Assembly: GCA_949290395.1 (NCBI GenBank)
Contig: CASERQ010000002.1
Span: forward strand, 130,727 to 194,726
Source of the DNA: an uncultured bacterium
GTDB taxonomy: Bacteria > Bacillota_I > Bacilli_A > RFN20 > CAG-826
DNA: 64,000 nucleotides
Direction of reading: 5' to 3'
Every line of letters begins with the position of its first letter. Position 1 is the stretch's first letter. The notes under the pieces are model-generated. The model saw only the letters and a list, made by a program, of their open reading frames with translations. It ran no database searches and was not told the DNA's origin. Both the position numbers and the translations under genes were made by a program. Below are positions 41,592-50,826 of this stretch, piece after piece.

Positions 41592-43523
41592 ATGAGTAAT
41601 TATGATGCAAGTAATATAGAATTATTATCAGGTCTTGATGGCGTTAGAAAAAGACCTGCCATGTATATTGGAAGTACCAATAGCATGGGCTTACACCATT
41701 TAATTTGGGAAATTGTAGATAACGCAGTTGATGAAGCTTTAAATGGATTTGGAAACAAAATAACCGTCACATTACATAAAGATGGTTCGGTATCTGTTTT
41801 AGATGAAGGGAGAGGAATTCCTTGTGATATCCATAAACAAACAAAATTGCCTGCTGTTCAACTTATTTTTTCAACCCTTCATAGTGGTGGAAAATTTAAT
41901 GATACAGCTTATAAATCTTCAGCTGGATTACATGGTGTTGGAAGTAGCGTTACGAACGCTTTAAGTCTTTTTTGTGACATAACAGTTTATAGAAACAATA
42001 AAATTTATCATTTAAGATTTGAAAATGGTGGAAAATTAAAAACTCCACTTGAAGAACTTGGTAATACTTTAAAACACGGCACTCTTGTTACTTTTAAGCC
42101 TGATCCAAAAATATTCTCAACTGTTGAATTTAATTACGATAGAATTGCATCACACTTACAAGAAAGTGCATTTTTACTTAAGAAAGTCCGTTTTATCTTA
42201 ATTGATGAAAGAAACGGTAATAAAGATGAATTTTATTACGAACATGGCTTAAAGCAATATGTTGAAGAGATGAATCAAAATAAAGTAGCAATAGGACCTG
42301 TTGTTACTTTTGAAGAAGAATCTAATAACATTTCGACTGAAATTGCTCTTCAATATTGTTATAACGATTACAATGAAACAATTAGAAGCTATGTAAATAA
42401 CGTTCATACTGCTGATGGTGGTACTCATGAAGTTGGATTTAAAACTGGTATAACAAGAGCAGTTAATGAATATGCAGAAAATAATAACTTATTAAGAAGC
42501 AAAACCAAGCTTGATGGAAATGACATTAGAGAAGGTCTTACAGCTGTAATTTCTTTAAGACTTCCTGAATCAGTCCTTGAGTTTGAAGGACAAACCAAAG
42601 GTAAACTTGGAACTCAAATTGCTCAAAACATTGTTTCAAACCTTGTTTATACTAAATTTTCATATTATTTAAACGAAAACAAAGAATTCGCTGTTCGTTT
42701 AATTAAAAAATGTCAAGATTCTATGAATGCTCGTCTTGCTGCTAGAAAAGCAAAAGATGAAGCAAGAAATAAGAAAAAGAGTAAAGATCAAGTAATTTTA
42801 AGTGATAAATTGACTCCAGCTCAAAGTAAAGATTATGAGAAAAATGAACTCTTTATTGTTGAAGGTGATTCTGCTGGTGGAAGCGCTAAAAAAGGTAGAG
42901 ATCCAAAATTCCAAGCAATCTTGCCTTTAAGAGGAAAGCCTTTAAACACTGATAGTTTAACAATGGAGAAAATCTTACAAAACCAAGAATTCGCTACAAT
43001 TATCAACACAATTGGTGCTGGCGTTGGTCAAAACTTTGATGTTAGTGATTCTCATTATGGAAAAGTTATTATTATGAGCGATGCTGATACAGATGGCGCT
43101 CATATTCAAACACTTTTGTTAACTTTCTTTTACAACAACATGCGTTCTTTAATTACAGAAGGAAAAGTTTATATTGCTGTTCCTCCTCTTTATAGAATCT
43201 ATAAAGTTGATTCAAAAGGAAAAACTACCGAAACTTACGCATGGGATGATAAAGGATTAGAAGAAGGTAAAAAGAAAATCGGAGCCGGTTATAAAGTTTC
43301 TAGATATAAAGGTTTAGGCGAAATGAGCCCTAAACAACTTAAAGAAACAACAATGGACCCTAAAAATAGACTTTTAGTTCAAGTTAATATTGGCGATCCT
43401 TTATCTGTTGAAAACAAAGTTGCCGTTTTAATGGGTAAAGATGCTGATAAACGTAAAAAGTGGCTAGAACAAAATGTCGACTTTAATGAAGTAGATGATT
43501 TTATCAAGGAGGTTAAACATTAA
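41592..43523 (+). CDS. parE: type IIA topoisomerase B subunit, probably topoisomerase IV ParE
   Basis: GHKL ATPase (EIVDNAVDE, GLHGVGSS), TOPRIM (EGDSAGGS), PLRGK; not near dnaA/recF, so ParE favoured over GyrB. Confidence 0.7.
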   Translation: MSNYDASNIELLSGLDGVRKRPAMYIGSTNSMGLHHLIWEIVDNAVDEALNGFGNKITVTLHKDGSVSVLDEGRGIPCDIHKQTKLPAVQLIFSTLHSGGKFNDTAYKSSAGLHGVGSSVTNALSLFCDITVYRNNKIYHLRFENGGKLKTPLEELGNTLKHGTLVTFKPDPKIFSTVEFNYDRIASHLQESAFLLKKVRFILIDERNGNKDEFYYEHGLKQYVEEMNQNKVAIGPVVTFEEESNNISTEIALQYCYNDYNETIRSYVNNVHTADGGTHEVGFKTGITRAVNEYAENNNLLRSKTKLDGNDIREGLTAVISLRLPESVLEFEGQTKGKLGTQIAQNIVSNLVYTKFSYYLNENKEFAVRLIKKCQDSMNARLAARKAKDEARNKKKSKDQVILSDKLTPAQSKDYEKNELFIVEGDSAGGSAKKGRDPKFQAILPLRGKPLNTDSLTMEKILQNQEFATIINTIGAGVGQNFDVSDSHYGKVIIMSDADTDGAHIQTLLLTFFYNNMRSLITEGKVYIAVPPLYRIYKVDSKGKTTETYAWDDKGLEEGKKKIGAGYKVSRYKGLGEMSPKQLKETTMDPKNRLLVQVNIGDPLSVENKVAVLMGKDADKRKKWLEQNVDFNEVDDFIKEVKH

Positions 43524-43525
43524 TT

Positions 43526-46162
43526 ATGGCAAAAAAAGAAATTGTCGAAGAAATAAATGAAAATATTAATGTCGAATCTCTTGATTCAATCATGGGTGAT
43601 AAATATGCAGTTTATGCAAAATACGTTATCCAAGATCGTGCTATTCCAGATGTAAGGGATGGTTTAAAGCCTGTTCAACGTAGAATTATTTATTCTATGT
43701 ACCAAAATGGAAATACATACGAAAAACAAACAAAAAAATGCGCTAAGATTGTTGGTGATGTCATGGGTAGATTTCATCCACATGGTGACTCATCAATTTA
43801 TGAAGCTTTAGTTAGATTATCTCAACCATGGAAAATGTCCGAACCTTTAGTCGTTTTTCAAGGCAACAATGGTTCAATTGATAATGACCCTGCAGCAGCT
43901 TATCGTTACACTGAAGCAAAATTAAATGAATTTAGTGAAAATCTCATTAGCGATATTGATAAAAATACTGTTGATATGTCGCTTAACTTTGATGATACCG
44001 AATTTGAGCCTGTTGTTTTACCATGTAGATTTCCAAATTTATATGTGAACGGTAGTGATGGAATCGCTGTTGCAATTGCAACACAAATTCCACCTCACAA
44101 TTTAGTAGAAATGTGTAACGCAGTAATTTATCGAATTCAAAACCCAAACTGTGAATTAGATGAATTACTCGAGATTGTTCAAGGTCCTGATTTTCCTACC
44201 GGTGGCGTAATTTATAAATCTCAAGGAATCAGAGATATTTACGAAACTGGTAGAGGTAAAATTGAAATAGCTTCAAAATTAGAAGTTAAGACAGATAACA
44301 AAAACTTTAACGAAATTGTTGTAACAGAGATTCCTTATGGTGTTGTTAAGCAAAACCTCGTTTTTAGTATTGATAAAATTAAAAAATCACACGAAATTGA
44401 TGGTATAAACGATGTTAAAGATCTTTCAAGTGGTGATGACATTGAAATTGTCATTGAAACCAAGAAAGAAGTCGATCCACAAATCATCATTGCTTATCTT
44501 ATGAATAAAACACAACTTAAAGTGTCTTATTCATCAAATATTGTTGCAATTTGTGATAAACATCCACGTACATTGTCATTAATTTCTTATCTTGATTATT
44601 ACATTGCTTTCCAAGTTGATGTTATTACAAGAAGAACAGAGTTCTTGCTTAAAAAAGCTAAAGACAGACTTCACATTGTCGAAGGTTTAATTAAAGCAAT
44701 CAGCATTATTGAAGAAGTTGTTGCTTTAATTAGAAAAAGTAAAGATAAAGCGGATGCTAAGTTAAATTTACAAAATAAATTTGGCTTTACTGAACCTCAA
44801 TCTGAAGCTATTGTCTCGATGAGACTTTATAAATTAACAAATACCGACGTCACAATCTATGTTGATGAAAAGAATAATTTAGTAGCTCAAATTGCAGATT
44901 TTGAAGAAACTCTTGCTAAGCCAAATAAACTTAGAAAGATTATTATTTCTGATTTAAAAGATATTATTAAGAAGTTTGGTACACCACGTAGATCAATTAT
45001 TGAAGAAAAACAAGATGAAGTACAAATTGATAAACGTGATTTAATCGCCAAAGAAGACGTATATGTTGTTATAACTCGTGATGGCTACATTAAAAGAAGT
45101 AGTTTAAAGAGTTATAAAGCATCAAATGGCTCTCTTCCTGGTGTAAAAGTTAACGATTCTATCGTAATGTCATCAATTGTAAATACGGTTGATTATGTTT
45201 TATGTTTCACAAGTAAAGGAAACTACATAATTTTACCTGTTCACGAAATTCTTGAAGGAAAATGGAAAGATGAAGGTAAACATATCAATTATTTATGTAA
45301 TTTGCCTTTAAACGAATATATTGTTAAATGCATTTCTATTAAAGACTTTAATATTAACGTTTCAATTTGTACTGTTACTAAAAATGGACAAATAAAGAAA
45401 ACTCTACTTCCAGAATTTTATTCTCAAAGAATCAATAAACCACTTTGTTGTATGAAATTAACAAGCGCTGATGAAGTCGTTGATGCTTGTGTATTACATG
45501 GCAATACCAACATGCTTATTATAACTAAAGCTGGTAAAGCAACCTACTTTAATGAAAACGACATTCAAGATTTAGGTTTAAGAACAAGTGGTGTCAAATG
45601 TATTAACAAGCTTAATGATTCTACAATTCAAGCTATAACACCATTTGAAATTGGTGAAAAAGCTAAGATTTTGTTCTTAACAAACCTTGGAATGTTAAAA
45701 ATACTTGATGTTGGATCATTGAATTTAAGACATCGTTTAGAAGCTTGCGATATGTTGCTTAAATCATTCAAAACTGAAATCCATGAGTTGGTAAAAGTAA
45801 CAAAAGTACCAAACGGAACAGAAAAAGTAACTTATGATTGCCTTTTAGACAATTCTCAACTTATCGAATTTGATATTAATGATTTTCATGTAACACCTTT
45901 AGAAAAGTATTGCAGGAAAAACTTAGAACAAATTCCTGATGGAAGAAGGATTAACTATGTTTATGCCTTTGAAGTTGAACATATTGACGAAAATACAAAA
46001 GTAAGTAAGAAAAAAGTTAGAAATCCTGTTAAAGCTCAACAAGTTGAAGAAGAAGGTGTCAAAGTCGTTAAAATAGATTACGAAGGAGAAATTGAACAAC
46101 CTGACGAAAAAGAAGGTGGAAGAGTTGAACAAATCTCAATATTCGATGATATGGGGGATTAA
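43526..46162 (+). CDS. parC: type IIA topoisomerase A subunit, probably topoisomerase IV ParC
   Basis: Catalytic Tyr context (AAYRYTEAKL); no GyrA box QRRGGKG found in the C-terminal domain. Confidence 0.7.
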   Translation: MAKKEIVEEINENINVESLDSIMGDKYAVYAKYVIQDRAIPDVRDGLKPVQRRIIYSMYQNGNTYEKQTKKCAKIVGDVMGRFHPHGDSSIYEALVRLSQPWKMSEPLVVFQGNNGSIDNDPAAAYRYTEAKLNEFSENLISDIDKNTVDMSLNFDDTEFEPVVLPCRFPNLYVNGSDGIAVAIATQIPPHNLVEMCNAVIYRIQNPNCELDELLEIVQGPDFPTGGVIYKSQGIRDIYETGRGKIEIASKLEVKTDNKNFNEIVVTEIPYGVVKQNLVFSIDKIKKSHEIDGINDVKDLSSGDDIEIVIETKKEVDPQIIIAYLMNKTQLKVSYSSNIVAICDKHPRTLSLISYLDYYIAFQVDVITRRTEFLLKKAKDRLHIVEGLIKAISIIEEVVALIRKSKDKADAKLNLQNKFGFTEPQSEAIVSMRLYKLTNTDVTIYVDEKNNLVAQIADFEETLAKPNKLRKIIISDLKDIIKKFGTPRRSIIEEKQDEVQIDKRDLIAKEDVYVVITRDGYIKRSSLKSYKASNGSLPGVKVNDSIVMSSIVNTVDYVLCFTSKGNYIILPVHEILEGKWKDEGKHINYLCNLPLNEYIVKCISIKDFNINVSICTVTKNGQIKKTLLPEFYSQRINKPLCCMKLTSADEVVDACVLHGNTNMLIITKAGKATYFNENDIQDLGLRTSGVKCINKLNDSTIQAITPFEIGEKAKILFLTNLGMLKILDVGSLNLRHRLEACDMLLKSFKTEIHELVKVTKVPNGTEKVTYDCLLDNSQLIEFDINDFHVTPLEKYCRKNLEQIPDGRRINYVYAFEVEHIDENTKVSKKKVRNPVKAQQVEEEGVKVVKIDYEGEIEQPDEKEGGRVEQISIFDDMGD

Positions 46163-46428
46163 TTAAGCGCAACCGATTGAGCTATTGAAATTATTGTTAT
46201 AATCGTTATAGAAATAAGCGCAACGATATTAAATACAAAGAGATGTAGTAATGAAATGTTCTCTCTCTTAGAGGTCAAGATTAAGGATGGTATTAATAAA
46301 AAATATCCAAAGAATGGAGAAAAAACACCAAGTATCACCCCAATTGTACTCAACGTTATTGATATTAAATGCTTACGTTCTAATGGTAACTTATCCATAC
46401 GATGATTATAGTTCAAATTTATATTCAT
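46159..46428 (-). CDS. possible small membrane protein (2-3 TM helices); may be spurious
   Basis: ORF only; hydrophobic; convergently overlaps the parC stop by 4 nt. Confidence 0.3.
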   Translation of the reverse strand: MNINLNYNHRMDKLPLERKHLISITLSTIGVILGVFSPFFGYFLLIPSLILTSKRENISLLHLFVFNIVALISITIITIISIAQSVALN

Positions 46429-46494
46429 TCAATAAAAAAGTATTAAAGATTAATTATTAGTAATAAATTAGTAGAATATTAGTGAGTAATAAGT

Positions 46495-47016
46495 ATGTTT
46501 AAGAAGTACACACCAACAGCTGTCGCAAAAAATTTATATGAAATTGAACCAAATTTTTTTATAAAAAATGGTATTAAAACAATTTTTTGTGACCTAGATA
46601 ATACTCTTGATGGCTATTACGAAAAAGAACCTACTGAGCAAGCTATTAATTTTTATAATAGTTTAAGAGACAACAATATTAAATTGATCATAGTTTCTAA
46701 TAATACCAAAAGCAGAGTTGAAAAATACTGTAAATTACTAGGTTGTGAATTTCTTTATGCCTGTGCAAAGCCTACTACATGCAAATTCAAAAAGTATTTA
46801 AAGAAGTATAATTATAATCTTGCAGAGTGCATGGTTATAGGAGATCAAGTTTTTACAGATGTACTTTTTGCAAATAAACTAAAAATTAAATCTATTTTAT
46901 GCGATAATTTAGTAAGTAAAGATCAATTTTTTACTAAAATAAATAAGTTTTTTGACAAACACGTCAGAAACTATTTAAAAAAGCGCAATAAATTAACCAA
47001 TTGGAGGGAAATTTAA
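46495..47016 (+). CDS. yqeG: YqeG-family HAD-IIIA phosphatase
   Basis: HAD motif I (FCDLDNTL); yqeG-yqeH-yhbY-yqeK synteny. Confidence 0.8.
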   Translation: MFKKYTPTAVAKNLYEIEPNFFIKNGIKTIFCDLDNTLDGYYEKEPTEQAINFYNSLRDNNIKLIIVSNNTKSRVEKYCKLLGCEFLYACAKPTTCKFKKYLKKYNYNLAECMVIGDQVFTDVLFANKLKIKSILCDNLVSKDQFFTKINKFFDKHVRNYLKKRNKLTNWREI

Positions 47017-47017
47017 T

Positions 47018-48175
47018 ATGGCTGAGTTAAATAAATTACAAAGATGCTATCATTGCGGTGCAGTTTTACAATCAGAAGATCCTAATAAAGACGGATATAT
47101 ATCTCCTGACATCATTGAAAAGTATCCTGAAGGATTATTACTTTGTAATAATTGTTATAAAACTGAAAAATTTAAAAATAATCCTCAAGAAGCTACATTT
47201 GATGAAGATTACGAAAAGATCTTAAAAGTAATTCGTGCAAAAAAAGCATTAGTTGTTTACGTTGTCGATTTATTTTCTTTCGAAGGTTCTTTTATTAATA
47301 GACTTATTGAATTATTAGAAGGAATTGATGTCCTTGTTGTTGCTAATAAGCGTGACTTATTACCAAAAGAAGCAAATGACGCTGATTTAGAAGCATATGT
47401 TGCACACAGATTAAGAGTAGCTCATTTTAATGTTGTTGATTCAGTTATTACATCAACAAATCATGGTGGCTATAACCTAGATAAAATGTTCCAATTAATC
47501 ATAAAATATGGCGAAGGAAGAGATGTTTATTTCGTTGGCGCAAGTACAAGTGGTAAGAGTGCTCTTATTAGCGAATTCTTGAAGATGTATTTAAATAACA
47601 CATCAAAAATGATTGTTACATATACATTTAACGATACTAACTTAAGAGGTATCAGAATCCCTATTACAAATAAAAACTATATTTACGAAACTCCAGGAAC
47701 ATCAATTGACAACTCTCTTTTATCAAAAGTAGAAACAAGTGTTTATAATGCAATTGTTCCTAAGAAAGCTGTAGAGCCTAAAAAAGTGGTTTTAACAAAA
47801 GATACAGCATTAATGTTTGGCTCTTTAGTTTGTATTGAATTGCTTTCTAAAGAAAGAACACCAATTTATGCTTATGTTTCTAACAAAGTTGATGTCAAAG
47901 CTCATAAATCAATCCTTGGTGATAACTCAAAATTTATAAAAGGGATTTTTGAAAAAGGAACATACAAACCTGCAAGTGCTAACTTCAAAAATTTAAAAGA
48001 TTTTGATGTTTATGAATTCCAAATTACCGAAGAAGGTGGAAGGGATATTGGTATTTTAGGTTTGGGATGGATTAATTTCCAAGGAAACAAACAAAATTTT
48101 AGAATTTACGTACCAAAAGGAGTATACGTTTATACAACACGTAGTAAGATAAAACATGATTTCAAGCAAAAATAA
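47018..48175 (+). CDS. yqeH: ribosome biogenesis GTPase YqeH (circularly permuted)
   Basis: N-terminal CxxC...CxxC zinc finger; permuted G motifs (NKRDL before GASTSGKS). Confidence 0.85.
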   Translation: MAELNKLQRCYHCGAVLQSEDPNKDGYISPDIIEKYPEGLLLCNNCYKTEKFKNNPQEATFDEDYEKILKVIRAKKALVVYVVDLFSFEGSFINRLIELLEGIDVLVVANKRDLLPKEANDADLEAYVAHRLRVAHFNVVDSVITSTNHGGYNLDKMFQLIIKYGEGRDVYFVGASTSGKSALISEFLKMYLNNTSKMIVTYTFNDTNLRGIRIPITNKNYIYETPGTSIDNSLLSKVETSVYNAIVPKKAVEPKKVVLTKDTALMFGSLVCIELLSKERTPIYAYVSNKVDVKAHKSILGDNSKFIKGIFEKGTYKPASANFKNLKDFDVYEFQITEEGGRDIGILGLGWINFQGNKQNFRIYVPKGVYVYTTRSKIKHDFKQK

Positions 48176-48461
48176 ACAACAGTTAAAAAAGATTGCACAT
48201 AGTAGTGAAGTATTAAAAGTTAATATTGGAAAAGAATTATTAAACAAGCAAGTTATATATAATTTAAACAACGCGTTTAATACAAGAGAACTAATTAAAG
48301 TATCATTTTTAAAATCCGCAATTGAAAGTGGTGATAAAAACGCTATTATTCTTGATTTATCAAGTGCGTTAAATTGTGATATTGTTCAAATTATTGGCAA
48401 TACTGTTTTACTTTACAAACCAAATCCTAAATTAAAAGATCATATTATTTTAGAGAAATAG
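48156..48461 (+). CDS. yhbY: CRS1/YhbY RNA-binding protein
   Basis: 101 aa; KQQLKKIAH...VNIGKELL typical YhbY N-terminus. Confidence 0.85.
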   Translation: MISSKNKQQLKKIAHSSEVLKVNIGKELLNKQVIYNLNNAFNTRELIKVSFLKSAIESGDKNAIILDLSSALNCDIVQIIGNTVLLYKPNPKLKDHIILEK

Positions 48462-48466
48462 TAGTA

Positions 48467-49090
48467 ATGAGTGACTTTAATTCAGATTTTTTAAAACATT
48501 TTTCTTTTAAAGATGAAAATAGAGTAGAAGTAGACGATTTTATACTAGATATTTTAAATAAAACTATTAAAAACGAGAAAAGGGTTAAACATTCAATTAG
48601 TGTAGCAAATTTGGCTTATGAAATCGCTATATCTAATGGGTTAGAAGAACCTTTTTTATATTTTATTGCTGGTATTTTTCATGATTTAGCTAAAGGTTTA
48701 TATAAAAATGAGTTAAAGAAGTACATGAAAAAATATTATTCAGATTATGTTGATTTACCTGGATTTTCATATCATCAATTTGTCGGTGGATACTTAACTA
48801 AAAAACTTTTTGGTATATGCGATGCAAAAATTATTGATGCGATAGAATGTCATTGTACAGGTAAAGCTAATATGAACTCCATTGATATGATTATTTATGC
48901 AGCAGATAAGACAGATCCATTAAGAGGATATGATTCTAGTGCAATGATCAACGCATTGAAAACTAATTATAAAGACGGGTTTGTTTTTGTCTTAAAAGAA
49001 AATAAAGAATTTTTAATAAACAAATCGAAAGATTTGAATTCAGTACAAAATAGACTTACTAAAGAATGTTTTGATTATTATCTTAATTAA
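48467..49090 (+). CDS. yqeK: HD-domain hydrolase YqeK
   Basis: H..HD..K motif (HSISVANLAY...FHDLAK); position after yhbY. Confidence 0.8.
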   Translation: MSDFNSDFLKHFSFKDENRVEVDDFILDILNKTIKNEKRVKHSISVANLAYEIAISNGLEEPFLYFIAGIFHDLAKGLYKNELKKYMKKYYSDYVDLPGFSYHQFVGGYLTKKLFGICDAKIIDAIECHCTGKANMNSIDMIIYAADKTDPLRGYDSSAMINALKTNYKDGFVFVLKENKEFLINKSKDLNSVQNRLTKECFDYYLN

Positions 49091-49322
49091 CAATCAAGTA
49101 AATACGATTATAGCTCGAGATATATGAATAATACTGCTTATTTTTGGCTTATAATTACTTCGTATAATATCTATTATGTAAAATTGAAAGCGAAAAACAC
49201 GATATTTAAGCCATTTTTTTAACATCATTATTTTTTATTCAATTTAAGCTCTTTCTAAATTCTTAAATTTATTAATTACTATAAATCTACTCGAAACCTA
49301 CTAATTATCTACTTTTAGCATT

Positions 49323-49883
49323 TCATGCAGACAAAATTCTTCCATTATAAAGTAAATCTGGGCTGTAATTCGTTGTTTTCTTGATAATTGCATCAATAAT
49401 GTTTTTATAAGATTCTAATATCCTTAAATACGCACTTTGAGATAGTACTCCTATCGATTTTGCCGAATTTAAAGTTTTACCATATTCTTTAAATCTAGCT
49501 TTAGAAACATATTTTATTTCAGATAATGCTGCAATAAACTCTTCTGTATCACTTAATTCATAAACGTGTCCGATATTAATACCGAATTTGTTTTCAGCCA
49601 TTGATTTAGGATAAATCGGACAAATTAATACCTTATTTTCATATTTTTGACTCATATCCATAATTACACAATTACCTTTAAATGGTCTATTAAGCTGAAT
49701 ATCGAATTTTCTTGTGTAAGAATATATCTCACGCGCTCTAAAAACTTTAAAATCAGAATTAAATAAATAACTTTCTTCTTTTTGAAGCAAATTATCCGCC
49801 CATTCAAACTGATCATAAAATCCATTATCTTTAACTGGCGTTATAAAATATAACCTCTTTTCTTCCTTACTCATTTTAAACAC
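49323..49883 (-). CDS. hypothetical cytoplasmic protein, probably co-transcribed with the upstream ABC permease
   Basis: 186 aa ORF; no Walker A or TM segments; 49-bp gap to the permease gene. Confidence 0.45.
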   Translation of the reverse strand: MFKMSKEEKRLYFITPVKDNGFYDQFEWADNLLQKEESYLFNSDFKVFRAREIYSYTRKFDIQLNRPFKGNCVIMDMSQKYENKVLICPIYPKSMAENKFGINIGHVYELSDTEEFIAALSEIKYVSKARFKEYGKTLNSAKSIGVLSQSAYLRILESYKNIIDAIIKKTTNYSPDLLYNGRILSA

Positions 49884-49932
49884 CTCCTTTACTAATACAA
49901 AGGTGATGATTTGAAGAAATATTAAATTTATT

Positions 49933-50745
49933 TTACTTTTTTAAAATTTTCTTAATATAAGAGAAGATAATATCAATGATGATAAATATAAAGATAATCA
50001 ACAAAGTAAGAGCAATCATGTGAGAATATTCGGCATTTAATCGATAATTATGGATTAATCTACCTATTCCCCGTAAAGATTCTGTACCAATTAAAATTTC
50101 ACTCATAATTGAAACTTTTACCCCGAGTCCAATGGAATTTATGCATCCTAAAAGCAAAAAAGGCATTGCTTGAGGGATTAAAACGCGGAAAATCGATTTA
50201 AATGAATAATAACCTTCAATTCTTAAGGAAAGTTTAATTGAATCATCAATGTTATTTAGTCCTTCTACAAAAGATTCATATAAAATTGGAAAAACAATCA
50301 AAAAAGTAATAATTAAAGACCCAATATTAGGTTCTTTTAAGAAGAAAATAATGATGAAATACACAACACAAGGCGTTGGAACAAGCTTTAATATATAAAC
50401 TAAAGGCGCTAAAAAATCTTTAATAAGTTTAAATAATCCTGCAAGCAATCCCAAAATAAAAGCAAATACAAAAGATATTATTAAAGATAAAATAGTTCTT
50501 AATAATGATTCACCAATTGCTGTATAAGTTGATGAAATACTTAAAATTTCACCAAATGAAGTAAAAATGTTGCTTAAATTTGGGAAAATAAAAGGATCAT
50601 TAACGCATAAAGCAATAATTTCCCATAAAGCAAGTAAAAATAAAATACCTATAATTTCAAAGAACACAGTTTTAAAATTTTTAGGTATCTTATTCAATAT
50701 TTTTCTCATATTTACAATTTTAATGAGATTAAGTACTTCTAGCAA
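49933..50745 (-). CDS. ABC transporter permease, NitT/TauT (SsuC/ThiX-like) family
   Basis: Six-TM binding-protein-dependent permease fold with EAA-like loop (SLRIEGYYSFKSIFRVLIPQAMP); probable true start at MRKILNK. Confidence 0.8.
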   Translation of the reverse strand: MLEVLNLIKIVNMRKILNKIPKNFKTVFFEIIGILFLLALWEIIALCVNDPFIFPNLSNIFTSFGEILSISSTYTAIGESLLRTILSLIISFVFAFILGLLAGLFKLIKDFLAPLVYILKLVPTPCVVYFIIIFFLKEPNIGSLIITFLIVFPILYESFVEGLNNIDDSIKLSLRIEGYYSFKSIFRVLIPQAMPFLLLGCINSIGLGVKVSIMSEILIGTESLRGIGRLIHNYRLNAEYSHMIALTLLIIFIFIIIDIIFSYIKKILKK

Positions 50746-50826
50746 ATATTTTAATAAAATATCACTTCTCTTTGTTTTAATACTTTTAGTACTTCATTCA
50801 ACTAAAATTTTATAAAAGAAATTTTC

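Noticed and set aside
41592-46162. Calling these genes gyrB/gyrA
   Set aside because: There is no dnaA/dnaN/recF neighbourhood, and the A subunit lacks a recognisable GyrA box (QRRGGKG). They are therefore assigned as parE/parC, with the residual uncertainty stated.
46159-46428. 89-aa small membrane protein on the minus strand
   Set aside because: It is not rejected outright but down-weighted. It has no clear RBS and its 3' end overlaps parC convergently. The same region carries the TAATTAGTAG-type motif copies and may simply be a 3' UTR or spacer.
49323-49883. 186-aa ORF as a type III toxin (ToxN/AbiQ-like) with an RNA antitoxin
   Set aside because: There are no tandem roughly 36-nt repeats upstream, only a 49-bp gap to the permease gene, and similarity to ToxN/AbiQ is not convincing. 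I kept it as hypothetical.
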